This document shows, piece after piece, positions 38,338 to 47,575 of a DNA stretch of 56,782 nucleotides. Within the stretch, counting starts at the first letter, position 1, and each line of letters starts with the position of its first letter. The notes beneath the pieces were generated by a model. It saw nothing but the letters and a program-made list of their open reading frames with translations, made no database searches and had not been told where the DNA came from. Source of the stretch: Proteobacteria bacterium UBA1858 (GTDB lineage Bacteria; Pseudomonadota; Gammaproteobacteria; UBA4575); contig DDIE01000011.1 in NCBI GenBank assembly GCA_002338385.1, forward strand, positions 1 through 56,782, written 5' to 3'. The translations under genes were made by a program, and so were the position numbers.

Positions 38338-40290
38338 ATGATTCCAGAACTCGGACAGTTTGCCCTAATTATTGCGCTTTGCCTGGCTATCGCCCAGTCA
38401 GTCTTACCCATGTGGGGCGCTCAAACTAACAACCTCAACCTGATGTCAGTTGGGCGTACCGCTGCCAGTGGTCAATTCCTTTTTTTACTGATCGCCTTCC
38501 TATGCCTAGCCTACAGTTTTGTGGACAATGATTTTTCGGTGCAATATGTAGCCAATAATTCTAATACTTTACTGCCAATTTATTATCGAATCTCTGCGGT
38601 GTGGGGAGCACACGAGGGTTCACTCCTACTGTGGGTACTCGCCTTATCAGGATGGGGATTTGCCGTGGCAGTCAAAAGCCGCAGTTTGCCTGACGATGTC
38701 ATTGCCAGAGTTTTGGCTGTGATGGGAATGATCAGCATTGGGTTTATATTGTTCACCTTGCTCACCTCGAATCCATTTGATCGGATGTTCCCGGCAGCAG
38801 CAGAAGGCCGAGACCTGAATCCACTGTTACAGGATCCTGGTTTAGTGATACATCCACCCATGCTTTACATGGGGTATGTTGGATTCTCTGTAGCTTTTGC
38901 TTTTGCCATCGCCGCCTTAATTAGTGGCAAACTTGATTCTGCCTGGGTGCGATGGTCAAGACCATGGGCTAATATCGCCTGGGTATTTCTAACCATAGGG
39001 ATCACCCTCGGCAGTTGGTGGGCTTATCATGAATTAGGCTGGGGCGGCTGGTGGTTTTGGGATCCCGTTGAGAATGCCTCATTCATGCCTTGGTTAGTTG
39101 CGACCGCTTTGATCCACTCTCTCGCGGTGACTGAAAAACGCGCGACCTTTAAAAGCTGGACAGTGTTGCTCTCAATTCTGGTATTTTCACTCAGTCTTTT
39201 GGGGACGTTTCTAGTGCGTTCTGGCGTTTTGGTGTCGGTCCACTCGTTTGCCAGTGATCCTGCGCGTGGTGTCTACATACTCGCGTTCTTGGCCGTGGTG
39301 GTCGGTGGCTCATTAACACTTTACGCCTGGCGCTCAGTCCAATTCAGCACGGGTGGGCGGTTTGAGGTGATGTCCAAAGAAACCATGTTGCTGCTGAACA
39401 ATGTCTTGCTGGTTGTGGCGATGCTCACGATCTTAATTGGCACCCTATATCCGCTGTTTCTGGATGCACTCGGCTTGCCTAAACTATCGGTCGGGCCGCC
39501 GTATTTCTCTGCTGTGTTTGTCCCTTTGATGTTGCCTTTGATATTCCTTATGGGACTGGGGCCGATTGCTAAGTGGCGGCGTATTTCGATCTCTGAGCTA
39601 TTTCATAAATTAAAGTTCTTGCTCGCAATCGCAGTGATATTGGGTGTGATCCTGCCTATCGCAATCTACCGTGATACAACCATTATGACCAGTCTGGGTA
39701 TTGCTGCGGGCGGTTGGGCTTTTGCTACTGCTGTATACGCCGTGGCACGTTTGATCATGAAACGCGACAAGACCACCTCAGTATTTAAATCACTCAGCAA
39801 AGTGCCACGTGCGCTGTATGGTATGTCGGTCGCCCACATTGGCATGGGCATCTTTATATTCGGAGTGGTTTTCACCTCTGCCTTCAGCGATCAAAAAGAA
39901 ATTGCAGTAAAAGTTGGTACTAGTGTCGACCTAGCAGGCTATAGTTTCTTGCTGCGCGGTGTCGGCCCTAATCAGGGGCCTAATTATCAGGCAATGCGCG
40001 CACAAGTGGATGTCACACAAGATAACGTGCCTATCGTTACGCTCGAACCGGAAAAGCGCGTATATACTGTTCAGCGTAATCCGATGACAGAGGCCAGTAT
40101 CGACGAGGGTTTATTTAGAGATTTGTATGTTGCCCTTGGCGAGCCAGTATCCCCCGGCGAGTGGGGGTTGCGTATTTATTACCGTCCATTTGTGCAGTGG
40201 ATCTGGATAGGTGCAATGTTAATGGCTATCGGCGGTATTTTGGGTGCTACTGATAAACGCTATCGTGCAAGTGCAAACAGGGCTGCTTAA
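38338..40290 (+). CDS. ccmF: Cytochrome c haem lyase subunit CcmF
   Basis: 650-aa polytopic protein with the WWAYHELGWGGWWFWDPVEN tryptophan-rich motif. Confidence 0.96.
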   Translation: MIPELGQFALIIALCLAIAQSVLPMWGAQTNNLNLMSVGRTAASGQFLFLLIAFLCLAYSFVDNDFSVQYVANNSNTLLPIYYRISAVWGAHEGSLLLWVLALSGWGFAVAVKSRSLPDDVIARVLAVMGMISIGFILFTLLTSNPFDRMFPAAAEGRDLNPLLQDPGLVIHPPMLYMGYVGFSVAFAFAIAALISGKLDSAWVRWSRPWANIAWVFLTIGITLGSWWAYHELGWGGWWFWDPVENASFMPWLVATALIHSLAVTEKRATFKSWTVLLSILVFSLSLLGTFLVRSGVLVSVHSFASDPARGVYILAFLAVVVGGSLTLYAWRSVQFSTGGRFEVMSKETMLLLNNVLLVVAMLTILIGTLYPLFLDALGLPKLSVGPPYFSAVFVPLMLPLIFLMGLGPIAKWRRISISELFHKLKFLLAIAVILGVILPIAIYRDTTIMTSLGIAAGGWAFATAVYAVARLIMKRDKTTSVFKSLSKVPRALYGMSVAHIGMGIFIFGVVFTSAFSDQKEIAVKVGTSVDLAGYSFLLRGVGPNQGPNYQAMRAQVDVTQDNVPIVTLEPEKRVYTVQRNPMTEASIDEGLFRDLYVALGEPVSPGEWGLRIYYRPFVQWIWIGAMLMAIGGILGATDKRYRASANRAA

Positions 40291-40832
40291 TGCTGCGCGC
40301 TATTATCCCTGCTGCTTTATTTATAGTACTAGCGGGGTTTTTGTGGATAGGCTTATATAAAGATCCGAGTCTGGTACCATCGCCCTTGATAGGCAAACCT
40401 GTACCTGAGTTTACTCTCAGCACTTTAAAAGACCCGACTAAGAATATCACGCAAGCCGATTTCGCAGCCGATTATGCGCTCATCAACGTCTGGGCAACCT
40501 GGTGTGTTGCATGCAAGCAAGAGCATCAAGCCTTACTTAATCTAGCCGCTCAGGGAGTGCCAATCTTTGGTTTGAATTACAAAGATGATCGTCAATCTGC
40601 AATCCAATGGCTGCTTGAGGATGGTGATCCTTACGTTATGAGTGCCTTTGATGAATCGGGTAGGGTCGCGATAGACTTCGGCGTATACGGTGCTCCCGAA
40701 ACTTTTTTGATTGATAGACAGGGTATAATCCAACATAAACTGATCGGGGTGATGACCCCAGTGATATGGCAGAACCAGTTTGTGCCCAAGATTAATCAGC
40801 TTGCTGCAGCGCCAACACAATCCTATGAATAA
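40290..40832 (+). CDS. ccmG: Thiol:disulfide interchange protein CcmG/DsbE
   Basis: 180 aa with a TM anchor and the thioredoxin motif WATWCVACKQEH. Confidence 0.94.
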   Translation: MLRAIIPAALFIVLAGFLWIGLYKDPSLVPSPLIGKPVPEFTLSTLKDPTKNITQADFAADYALINVWATWCVACKQEHQALLNLAAQGVPIFGLNYKDDRQSAIQWLLEDGDPYVMSAFDESGRVAIDFGVYGAPETFLIDRQGIIQHKLIGVMTPVIWQNQFVPKINQLAAAPTQSYE

Positions 40833-41280
40833 AATTATTGCGCTATTCGTGTGTTTGCTTGCTACTCAGCTGGTGTATGCTGAGATTATTAATGTTCAGC
40901 CTCAATATGAAGACAGATACCAGAGTTTACTCGAGGAACTGCGCTGTCTCGTGTGTCAGAATCAAACTTTGGCGGACTCCAGTTCAGAGCTGGCGACAGA
41001 CCTGCGTGTGCAGGTTAAAGATATGCTGGAGCAGGGCAGTTCAGATCAACAGATTTTAGATTTCATGTCGGCACGCTATGGTGATTTTGTTTTGTATACA
41101 CCGCCAGTGAAATCACATACATTATTTTTATGGCTGGGTCCGTTTGCGTTGTTGCTAATTGGCGTGGTGACTGCGCTATGGATGATCGCACAACGCGCCA
41201 AACAAGCACCAACAATTTCAGAGGCAGACCAGCAACGTTTGCACAATCTTTTAGCTGACCAAGATACCGGAGAGAAGTAG
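40825..41280 (+). CDS. ccmH: Cytochrome c-type biogenesis protein CcmH (CcmL type)
   Basis: Internal ATG 40825 (MNKIIALFVCLL...), 8-nt overlap with ccmG. LRCLVCQNQ motif. 151 aa. Confidence 0.92.
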   Translation: MNKIIALFVCLLATQLVYAEIINVQPQYEDRYQSLLEELRCLVCQNQTLADSSSELATDLRVQVKDMLEQGSSDQQILDFMSARYGDFVLYTPPVKSHTLFLWLGPFALLLIGVVTALWMIAQRAKQAPTISEADQQRLHNLLADQDTGEK

Positions 41281-41282
41281 TT

Positions 41283-42503
41283 ATGTTTATTCTGTTCGCC
41301 AGTCTCCTCACTCTGCTTGGTCTGTTTTTTTTATTGCAGCCGCTGTTGCAGACGATGACGCAGTCATCTCAATCTAAGCGTGATCAATTAAACCAAGCTA
41401 TTTATCATTCTAAGGTAGACGAGTTATCTGCCGATTTAGACAAAGGTCTATTGGACGAGGAAGAATATGAGTTAGCTTTACAAGATTTACAGCAGACCCT
41501 AGTCACCGATATCACGGGCGAACAATATCAGCCAGCACAGACCAAGCGCATGTCAGGTATCGCTATTTTTATTGCCGTCAGTGTGCCGCTATCGGCTTTC
41601 GGCTTGTACCAGAATTTATCAACATTTGAGACTGAAAGTGAAACGCAAGAGCGTTTGATTGCCACTCAAACGCAAAGCATGGAAGCCGCTATGCAAAGCT
41701 TGCGCCAGAGTTTGCAAGATAACCCGCAGGATCTGGATGGTTGGAAGATGCTGGGTCAAAGTTACACTACACTGGAACAATATGAGCAAGCTAAGGATGT
41801 CTACCTGACCGCTCTGCAGCATTTCAATAACAGTGATCCTGATTTGCTGGTGTTGGCTGCTGAGGCATCGGCCTTTGCCAATGAAGAATTGTTCACCGAC
41901 TATGAATTAAACTTGCTGGCGCGTGCTTTGAGTATAAAACCGCAACACGAGCGCGCACTTTGGTATGCCGGATATGCTTCATTTTTAAATCAAAAGTATG
42001 CCGACTCAGTGACTCACTGGACAAAATTATTGCGTCTAGTGCCTGATTCTCGACCTGAGGTAAAAACATCGCTGTCTCAATTTCTCAATGATGCGCGTGA
42101 CAGAGCAGGCATGGAAACGCTGATCGTCGCTGACCGGGTTGAATCTAATCAAAGAGAGATCACTGTCAACGTTGCTCTGGACGATAGTTTACACACTCAA
42201 ATCAGTGCCAATGAAACGCTGTTTATTTATGCTAAAGCGGCTACCGGTCCACCCATGCCACTCTCCCTAGTGAGACTGAGTGCAGGTGATTTACCTGTGA
42301 CGGTGCGTTTAACTAAAGAATTAGCCATGATTCCAGATATGAATTTAGATAGTTTTCCGCAGGTCGTCGTGCTTGCAAGAATATCCAAGAGTGGTCAGGC
42401 TATCAGTCAAGCGGGTGATTTGATTTCTGCTCAACAGCTGGTGGATTTCGAACGCGCTGCGCAAGCTGAGATTACTCTTCTGATTAATCAAGTATACAAT
42501 TAA
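41283..42503 (+). CDS. ccmI: Cytochrome c-type biogenesis protein CcmI (TPR-containing)
   Basis: 406 aa with an N-terminal TM hairpin, TPR repeats and a CycH-like C-terminal domain. Last gene of the ccm operon. Confidence 0.88.
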   Translation: MFILFASLLTLLGLFFLLQPLLQTMTQSSQSKRDQLNQAIYHSKVDELSADLDKGLLDEEEYELALQDLQQTLVTDITGEQYQPAQTKRMSGIAIFIAVSVPLSAFGLYQNLSTFETESETQERLIATQTQSMEAAMQSLRQSLQDNPQDLDGWKMLGQSYTTLEQYEQAKDVYLTALQHFNNSDPDLLVLAAEASAFANEELFTDYELNLLARALSIKPQHERALWYAGYASFLNQKYADSVTHWTKLLRLVPDSRPEVKTSLSQFLNDARDRAGMETLIVADRVESNQREITVNVALDDSLHTQISANETLFIYAKAATGPPMPLSLVRLSAGDLPVTVRLTKELAMIPDMNLDSFPQVVVLARISKSGQAISQAGDLISAQQLVDFERAAQAEITLLINQVYN

Positions 42504-42594
42504 TAATTCGCATAAGTTGCGCCGCACACTATTGCGCGACTGACTCTGGTATATTTCAAGCCGCTGCAGAGTGAACCACTACTAGGTATAAATC

Positions 42595-43407
42595 ATGAAA
42601 CCGAGTGCTATTTTAGCTGCCGTTGTGTGTCTGTTTTCGCTGAGCAGTTGGGCGCAACCGTATATCTTGTTGCAGTCAACAACATCAACAAAAAACTCAG
42701 GTTTATACGATTATATATTGCCTCAATTCTTGGCTCATTCGGGTATAGAGGTACGCGTTGTTGCGGTCGGTACAGGTCAGGCTCTGAGAAATGCACAGAA
42801 TGGTGATGCAGATGTGTTGATTGTTCATGCTCACTCCAGAGAACAGGCTTTTGTCGCTCAAGGCTATGGACTAAAAAGACACAAGCTGATGTATAACGAT
42901 TTTATTGTGATTGGTCCAGAACACGATCCAGCCAATATAGCGGCGAGTGATAGGATTGTTGATAGCTTGCACAAGATTGCCCATTCGGAGTCGATATTTC
43001 TGTCACGCGGCGATGATAGTGGCACCCACATCAAAGAGATATCATTATGGAATCTGGCGGGTATTGATGTGGCTGGGTTCAGTGGGTCGTGGTATCGAGA
43101 GGCTGGCGCTGGTATGGGCGCAACACTTAACACAGCGGTGAGTATGGATGCCTACACGCTGTCTGATCGCAGTACGTGGATCAGTTTCGGTAACAAGCAA
43201 CACCACACGATTCTGTATCAAGGTGAGCCACCATTGAACAATCAATATGGTGTGATAATTGTCAATCCAGAGCTGCATCCACATGTCAAATTAGAGCAAG
43301 CAGAGATTTTTGTAGACTGGCTCCTGAGTGCCGCCGGCCAAGCCGCTATTGCTGCATACAGAGTCGACGGACAACAATTATTTTTCCCCAATGCCATGCA
43401 CGAATAG
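42595..43407 (+). CDS. tupA: TupA-like periplasmic tungstate/oxyanion-binding protein (no cognate permease or ATPase nearby)
   Basis: 270 aa with a signal peptide and the motifs TTSTKNSGLYDYILPQF and RGDDSGTHIKE, characteristic of the TupA family of substrate-binding proteins. Confidence 0.65.
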   Translation: MKPSAILAAVVCLFSLSSWAQPYILLQSTTSTKNSGLYDYILPQFLAHSGIEVRVVAVGTGQALRNAQNGDADVLIVHAHSREQAFVAQGYGLKRHKLMYNDFIVIGPEHDPANIAASDRIVDSLHKIAHSESIFLSRGDDSGTHIKEISLWNLAGIDVAGFSGSWYREAGAGMGATLNTAVSMDAYTLSDRSTWISFGNKQHHTILYQGEPPLNNQYGVIIVNPELHPHVKLEQAEIFVDWLLSAAGQAAIAAYRVDGQQLFFPNAMHE

Positions 43408-43430
43408 TGTTACCAGACCGTTTGACTCGC

Positions 43431-44309
43431 TTAATCGTCTCGCCAGCGTTTGCATAAATCCTGATAGGCATCAATCCTGCGATCCCTAAAGAACGGCCAA
43501 GTATTTCTCTGCTGCTGGGTGGCCTGCAAATCAATCGAGGTGAGCAGAGCAGAAGCCTGTCGGCTATCCGCTTGGACGCGGATTGTACCCATCGCATCGC
43601 AGATAAAACTACTCCCCCAAAAATCAATGCCGGCGGTGTGACCGCTGGGATCAGCTTCATAGCCCGCCCGATTGACTGCGATTACCGGTAAGTGATTAGC
43701 TATGGCATGGCTGCGTTGAATAGTGATCCAGGCATCCAATTGGCGCTGTTTTTCTGCGTCGCAATCGTTGCAGTCCCAGCCAATTGCACTCGGGAAGACA
43801 AGTAGCTCGGCGCCGGCCAGTGCCATCAGTCGGGCCGACTCAGGAAACCACTGATCCCAACATATGCAGACCCCAAGTTTGCCTAGTGAGGTAGTAATCG
43901 GTTTGAACCCAGTATCGCCGGGAATAAAATAATACTTCTCATAATAACCGGGGTCATCAGGGATATGCATTTTGCGATAAAAACCGGCCAGACTACCATC
44001 GCTGTCGATGACAATAGCCGTGTTGTGATACACGCCTGCATGACGCTGCTCGAATATCGAACCGACCACAACTAGCTTATGTTGTTTAGCTGCTGCTGAT
44101 AGTGCTCTGAATGTAGGTCCGACGAGCGGTTCAGCAATTTTGAAATTAGCGCTGTTCTGTGTCTGACAAAAATAGTGTGAAGTATGTAATTCTTGCAATA
44201 CCACTAGCGCTGCACCCTGGTTGGCTAATTGTCCTATTTGGCGGATTGAATCAGCTAGGTTAATCGCTTGTTCGCGCTGATTGACTTGTTGCACAAAACC
44301 GACATTCAT
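43431..44309 (-). CDS. aguB: N-carbamoylputrescine amidase
   Basis: 292 aa, CN-hydrolase fold with catalytic E/K/C (VCICWDQWFPE). Confidence 0.9.
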   Translation of the reverse strand: MNVGFVQQVNQREQAINLADSIRQIGQLANQGAALVVLQELHTSHYFCQTQNSANFKIAEPLVGPTFRALSAAAKQHKLVVVGSIFEQRHAGVYHNTAIVIDSDGSLAGFYRKMHIPDDPGYYEKYYFIPGDTGFKPITTSLGKLGVCICWDQWFPESARLMALAGAELLVFPSAIGWDCNDCDAEKQRQLDAWITIQRSHAIANHLPVIAVNRAGYEADPSGHTAGIDFWGSSFICDAMGTIRVQADSRQASALLTSIDLQATQQQRNTWPFFRDRRIDAYQDLCKRWRDD

Positions 44310-45328
44310 AATGTATTCTCAGGTAGATGTAAGGTCGCACAGTGTAAGCTGCCGAACTGCTGAATTAATTCACAGGCATTGATTGGCACTATTTCCCGTG
44401 CGGGATAACATTGTTGAACGATTGCCAATGCATGACTATCTTGCGGGTCATTATACTGTGGCATTAACACAGCATTGTTAATTAACACATAATTCACATA
44501 GCTGGCAGGCAACAACTGGTTAGCAGAATTCATTATCAGTCTGTCTGGCATCGGCAGAGCCACTAGAGTATAGGCCTGCGGCGCGTTAAGTTGCCTCAGT
44601 TGAGCCTGTAAATGTTGTAACACAGCATAGTTCGGATTCTGCGGATTTGATGTGTGTGCATAGATAATAGTGTGATCGTCGACAAATCTGGCCAAGGTAT
44701 CGATATGGCCACCCGTATCATCACCGGCCAAAGGGTCAAGATGCAATCCGAGTACATGCTGGCAGTTAAAACTGGCTTTGAGAAAAGCAATCACATCCTC
44801 ATCCTTAGTGAAACACTCCGCATTTCGCTGAGCGCAACTCAAATTAGTGAGCACATTACCGGTGCTATCAAATTCAAGGTTACCTCCTTCATAGACCCCT
44901 GCTATTTTTTTATAGTGAGGCTTATGCAGCCCGGCCTGTTGCCATAAATACGTGTTGAACGCCTGATCGTGATGATGTGCATAGCGATTACCCCAGGCAT
45001 TGAAATCAAAATCCAGATAGATTGAATCGCAGCCATCAGAAATAAATTGTGGCCCATAATCGCGCACCCAAGTATCGTTGGTGGGCACAATTAAATAGGT
45101 CAGATTGTGCAGCTGACACTGATGAGTTTGGCATTGTCTGTGCACGCTGGCCAAATGATGCTGGTCTTGCACAATAATCAGGACGCGTTGATGCTTGGCT
45201 ATGGCATGGGTCATCTGCAGATAAGTAGTGGTGATAGCACTTAGCTGGGGTCCCCAATCACTGGCTGAGTGTGGCCATACAAGTATTATTGCGTCTTGTT
45301 GCTGCCATTCGGGTCGGGCGGTATACAT
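44306..45328 (-). CDS. aguA: Agmatine deiminase
   Basis: 340 aa, porphyromonas-type peptidylarginine deiminase fold with the C-terminal catalytic GSLHCAT. ATGA overlap with aguB. Confidence 0.9.
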   Translation of the reverse strand: MYTARPEWQQQDAIILVWPHSASDWGPQLSAITTTYLQMTHAIAKHQRVLIIVQDQHHLASVHRQCQTHQCQLHNLTYLIVPTNDTWVRDYGPQFISDGCDSIYLDFDFNAWGNRYAHHHDQAFNTYLWQQAGLHKPHYKKIAGVYEGGNLEFDSTGNVLTNLSCAQRNAECFTKDEDVIAFLKASFNCQHVLGLHLDPLAGDDTGGHIDTLARFVDDHTIIYAHTSNPQNPNYAVLQHLQAQLRQLNAPQAYTLVALPMPDRLIMNSANQLLPASYVNYVLINNAVLMPQYNDPQDSHALAIVQQCYPAREIVPINACELIQQFGSLHCATLHLPENTL

Positions 45329-45500
45329 GGTTACACAGGCAATAGCTTAGTCTCTGCAGTTAAAGGTTATAAATTAGCCACTATTGCAGGCTGGCAGACG
45401 TATAATCAGCGCTGAATAATGACTCAGATATATTAATTCAAGTATTTGGCCAGACAAGATAATAGTCTCTTTTAGCCCATAACTGTTGCATAATTGAAGG

Positions 45501-46748
45501 ATGTTTAAGCCACTCGAACTGTATATTGGTTTGCGCTACCTGCGTGCCAAGCGCCACAATCATTTTATCTCATTCATTTCGCTGACTTCAGTGCTGGGTA
45601 TCGCGCTGGGTATTGTGGTGATCATCACCGTGTTGTCCGTCATGAATGGTTTCCAGACCGAGGTGCGTGATCGTATGCTGCGGATGACCGCTCATGGCAA
45701 CATTCTTGAGCTGGACGGTACCCTTGATGACTGGCAACACGCCGCGCAGGCGATTGCCCATATCGAGCAGATTGCCGGCGTTGCGCCCTACATTGAAGCG
45801 CAATCTATGGTCGTCAAAGGCTCACAGGTGACAGGCGTGCAACTGAGCGGCGTGCAGCCAAGTATCGAGACAGAGGTCTCAGATATTGACGAGTTTATGC
45901 TTGATAGCGATCTGGACGTACTCCAGGCCGGTCAATTCAAAGTGTTGCTTGGCAGTGAGCTGGCGAATTATCTAGCGGCAACAGTAGGTGATAAAGTTAC
46001 CATAATCGCACCAGAGACCTCAGTAACACCTGCAGGCATCATACCGAAGATGCGACGTTTTACGGTGGCGGGTATCTATGAAATCGGCATGAATCAGTTC
46101 GATCGAAATACCGCAATAATACATATCCAAGATGCGCAGAAACTATTCCGCTATCAAGATAAAGTAACGGGCTTAAGATTGAAGCTGGACGATATCTTTC
46201 TGGTGCCGGGCTTGACGCAAGTAATTAATGATCAGTTGCAAGGTGAGTACTGGATGACTGACTGGACGCGCAGGCATCAAAATTTTTTTCGTGCAGTTAA
46301 AATGGAAAAAACAATGATGTTTGTGATCATGACTTTAATCGTCGCAGTGGCGGCTTTTAATGTGGTATCGATGCTCATTATGGTGGTCACAGATAAACAA
46401 TCGGATATCGCTATATTACGCACCTACGGAATATCAGCGCGCAGTATATTGTGGGTATTTATCATTCAAGGCAGTCTGATCGGGGTGTTAGGTACTATTC
46501 TGGGCGTCCTCGGAGGCATAGGCCTGTCACTCAACCTCGAACATATCATTCTTTTCGTGGAGCAATTGCTGGGTCAAAAGGTACTGGACCCTTCAGTCTA
46601 TTACATCACAGACTTGCCATCTGAATTACACTTGAGTGATGTCAGCTATGTCGCATTCATATCTTTTGCGCTGACCGTGTTAGCCACACTGTATCCAGCT
46701 TTTAAAGCAGCAAACACCCGACCTGCACACGCCTTGAGGTACGAGTAA
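45501..46748 (+). CDS. lolC: Lipoprotein-releasing system transmembrane protein (LolC/E family; only copy in the operon, LolF-like)
   Basis: 415 aa. N-terminus MFKPLELYIGLRYLRAKR, MacB-type periplasmic domain and FtsX C-terminal domain. Confidence 0.9.
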   Translation: MFKPLELYIGLRYLRAKRHNHFISFISLTSVLGIALGIVVIITVLSVMNGFQTEVRDRMLRMTAHGNILELDGTLDDWQHAAQAIAHIEQIAGVAPYIEAQSMVVKGSQVTGVQLSGVQPSIETEVSDIDEFMLDSDLDVLQAGQFKVLLGSELANYLAATVGDKVTIIAPETSVTPAGIIPKMRRFTVAGIYEIGMNQFDRNTAIIHIQDAQKLFRYQDKVTGLRLKLDDIFLVPGLTQVINDQLQGEYWMTDWTRRHQNFFRAVKMEKTMMFVIMTLIVAVAAFNVVSMLIMVVTDKQSDIAILRTYGISARSILWVFIIQGSLIGVLGTILGVLGGIGLSLNLEHIILFVEQLLGQKVLDPSVYYITDLPSELHLSDVSYVAFISFALTVLATLYPAFKAANTRPAHALRYE

Positions 46749-47441
46749 ATGGATTCTGTTAGCCAGGAGCTTGTGCTCGAGCTCAAAAATATCAACAAAC
46801 GTTTCCATGATGGTGAGCTTGATATTACTGTTCTCAGCGATATTAACTTAGAGGTTAATCGTGCTGATAGCATTGCTATTGTCGGTGCCAGCGGTTGCGG
46901 TAAAAGTACCTTGTTGCAACTTATGGCAGGTTTGGATGAGGTTACCCAGGGTGAAGTGATACTGTCCGGGCAGATACTCTCTCAGGTGAGCGAGACTAAC
47001 GCCGATCAGTTAAGAAATAAACATCTTGGTTTTATCTATCAATTTCATCATTTGCTGCCCGAGTTCACCTGTCTGGAGAATGTTATGATGCCTTTGATGG
47101 TACGCAAGCAAAGCGTTGCCGAGTGTCGTCGACAAGCGATTCAGATGCTCACGCGTGTCCACATGGATCATCGCCTCACGCACAAACCCAGTGAGTTATC
47201 AGGCGGCGAGCGTCAGCGCGTTGCGATTGCACGTGCACTAGTGACCCAGCCGCAGCTAATTTTGGCGGATGAACCGACCGGTAATCTTGATCGCAAAACC
47301 GCGATGCAGGTGTTCGACTTAATGTTGGAGCTTAATGTTGAGCAGCACACGGCACTGATTATGGTTACACATGACATTTCCTTGGCGCATCGGTTGTCAA
47401 GCAAGTATGAATTGCGTGATGGCCGCTTGCTGCGACTGTGA
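46749..47441 (+). CDS. lolD: Lipoprotein-releasing system ATP-binding protein LolD
   Basis: 230 aa. Walker A GASGCGKST, signature LSGGERQR, Walker B LILADEPTGNLD. Starts the nucleotide after the permease stop. Confidence 0.94.
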   Translation: MDSVSQELVLELKNINKRFHDGELDITVLSDINLEVNRADSIAIVGASGCGKSTLLQLMAGLDEVTQGEVILSGQILSQVSETNADQLRNKHLGFIYQFHHLLPEFTCLENVMMPLMVRKQSVAECRRQAIQMLTRVHMDHRLTHKPSELSGGERQRVAIARALVTQPQLILADEPTGNLDRKTAMQVFDLMLELNVEQHTALIMVTHDISLAHRLSSKYELRDGRLLRL

Positions 47442-47575
47442 CAATTCACTCAGTATTATCGAGCTCACTTCCATTACAGCACGTGTGTTCCTAAAACAAG
47501 TTGGTTTGTGCGTGCCTGTCTGGCATTAAAAAATCTATAGGTTAAGTATGCAGCTTTAATTCACTCCGGAACGCT

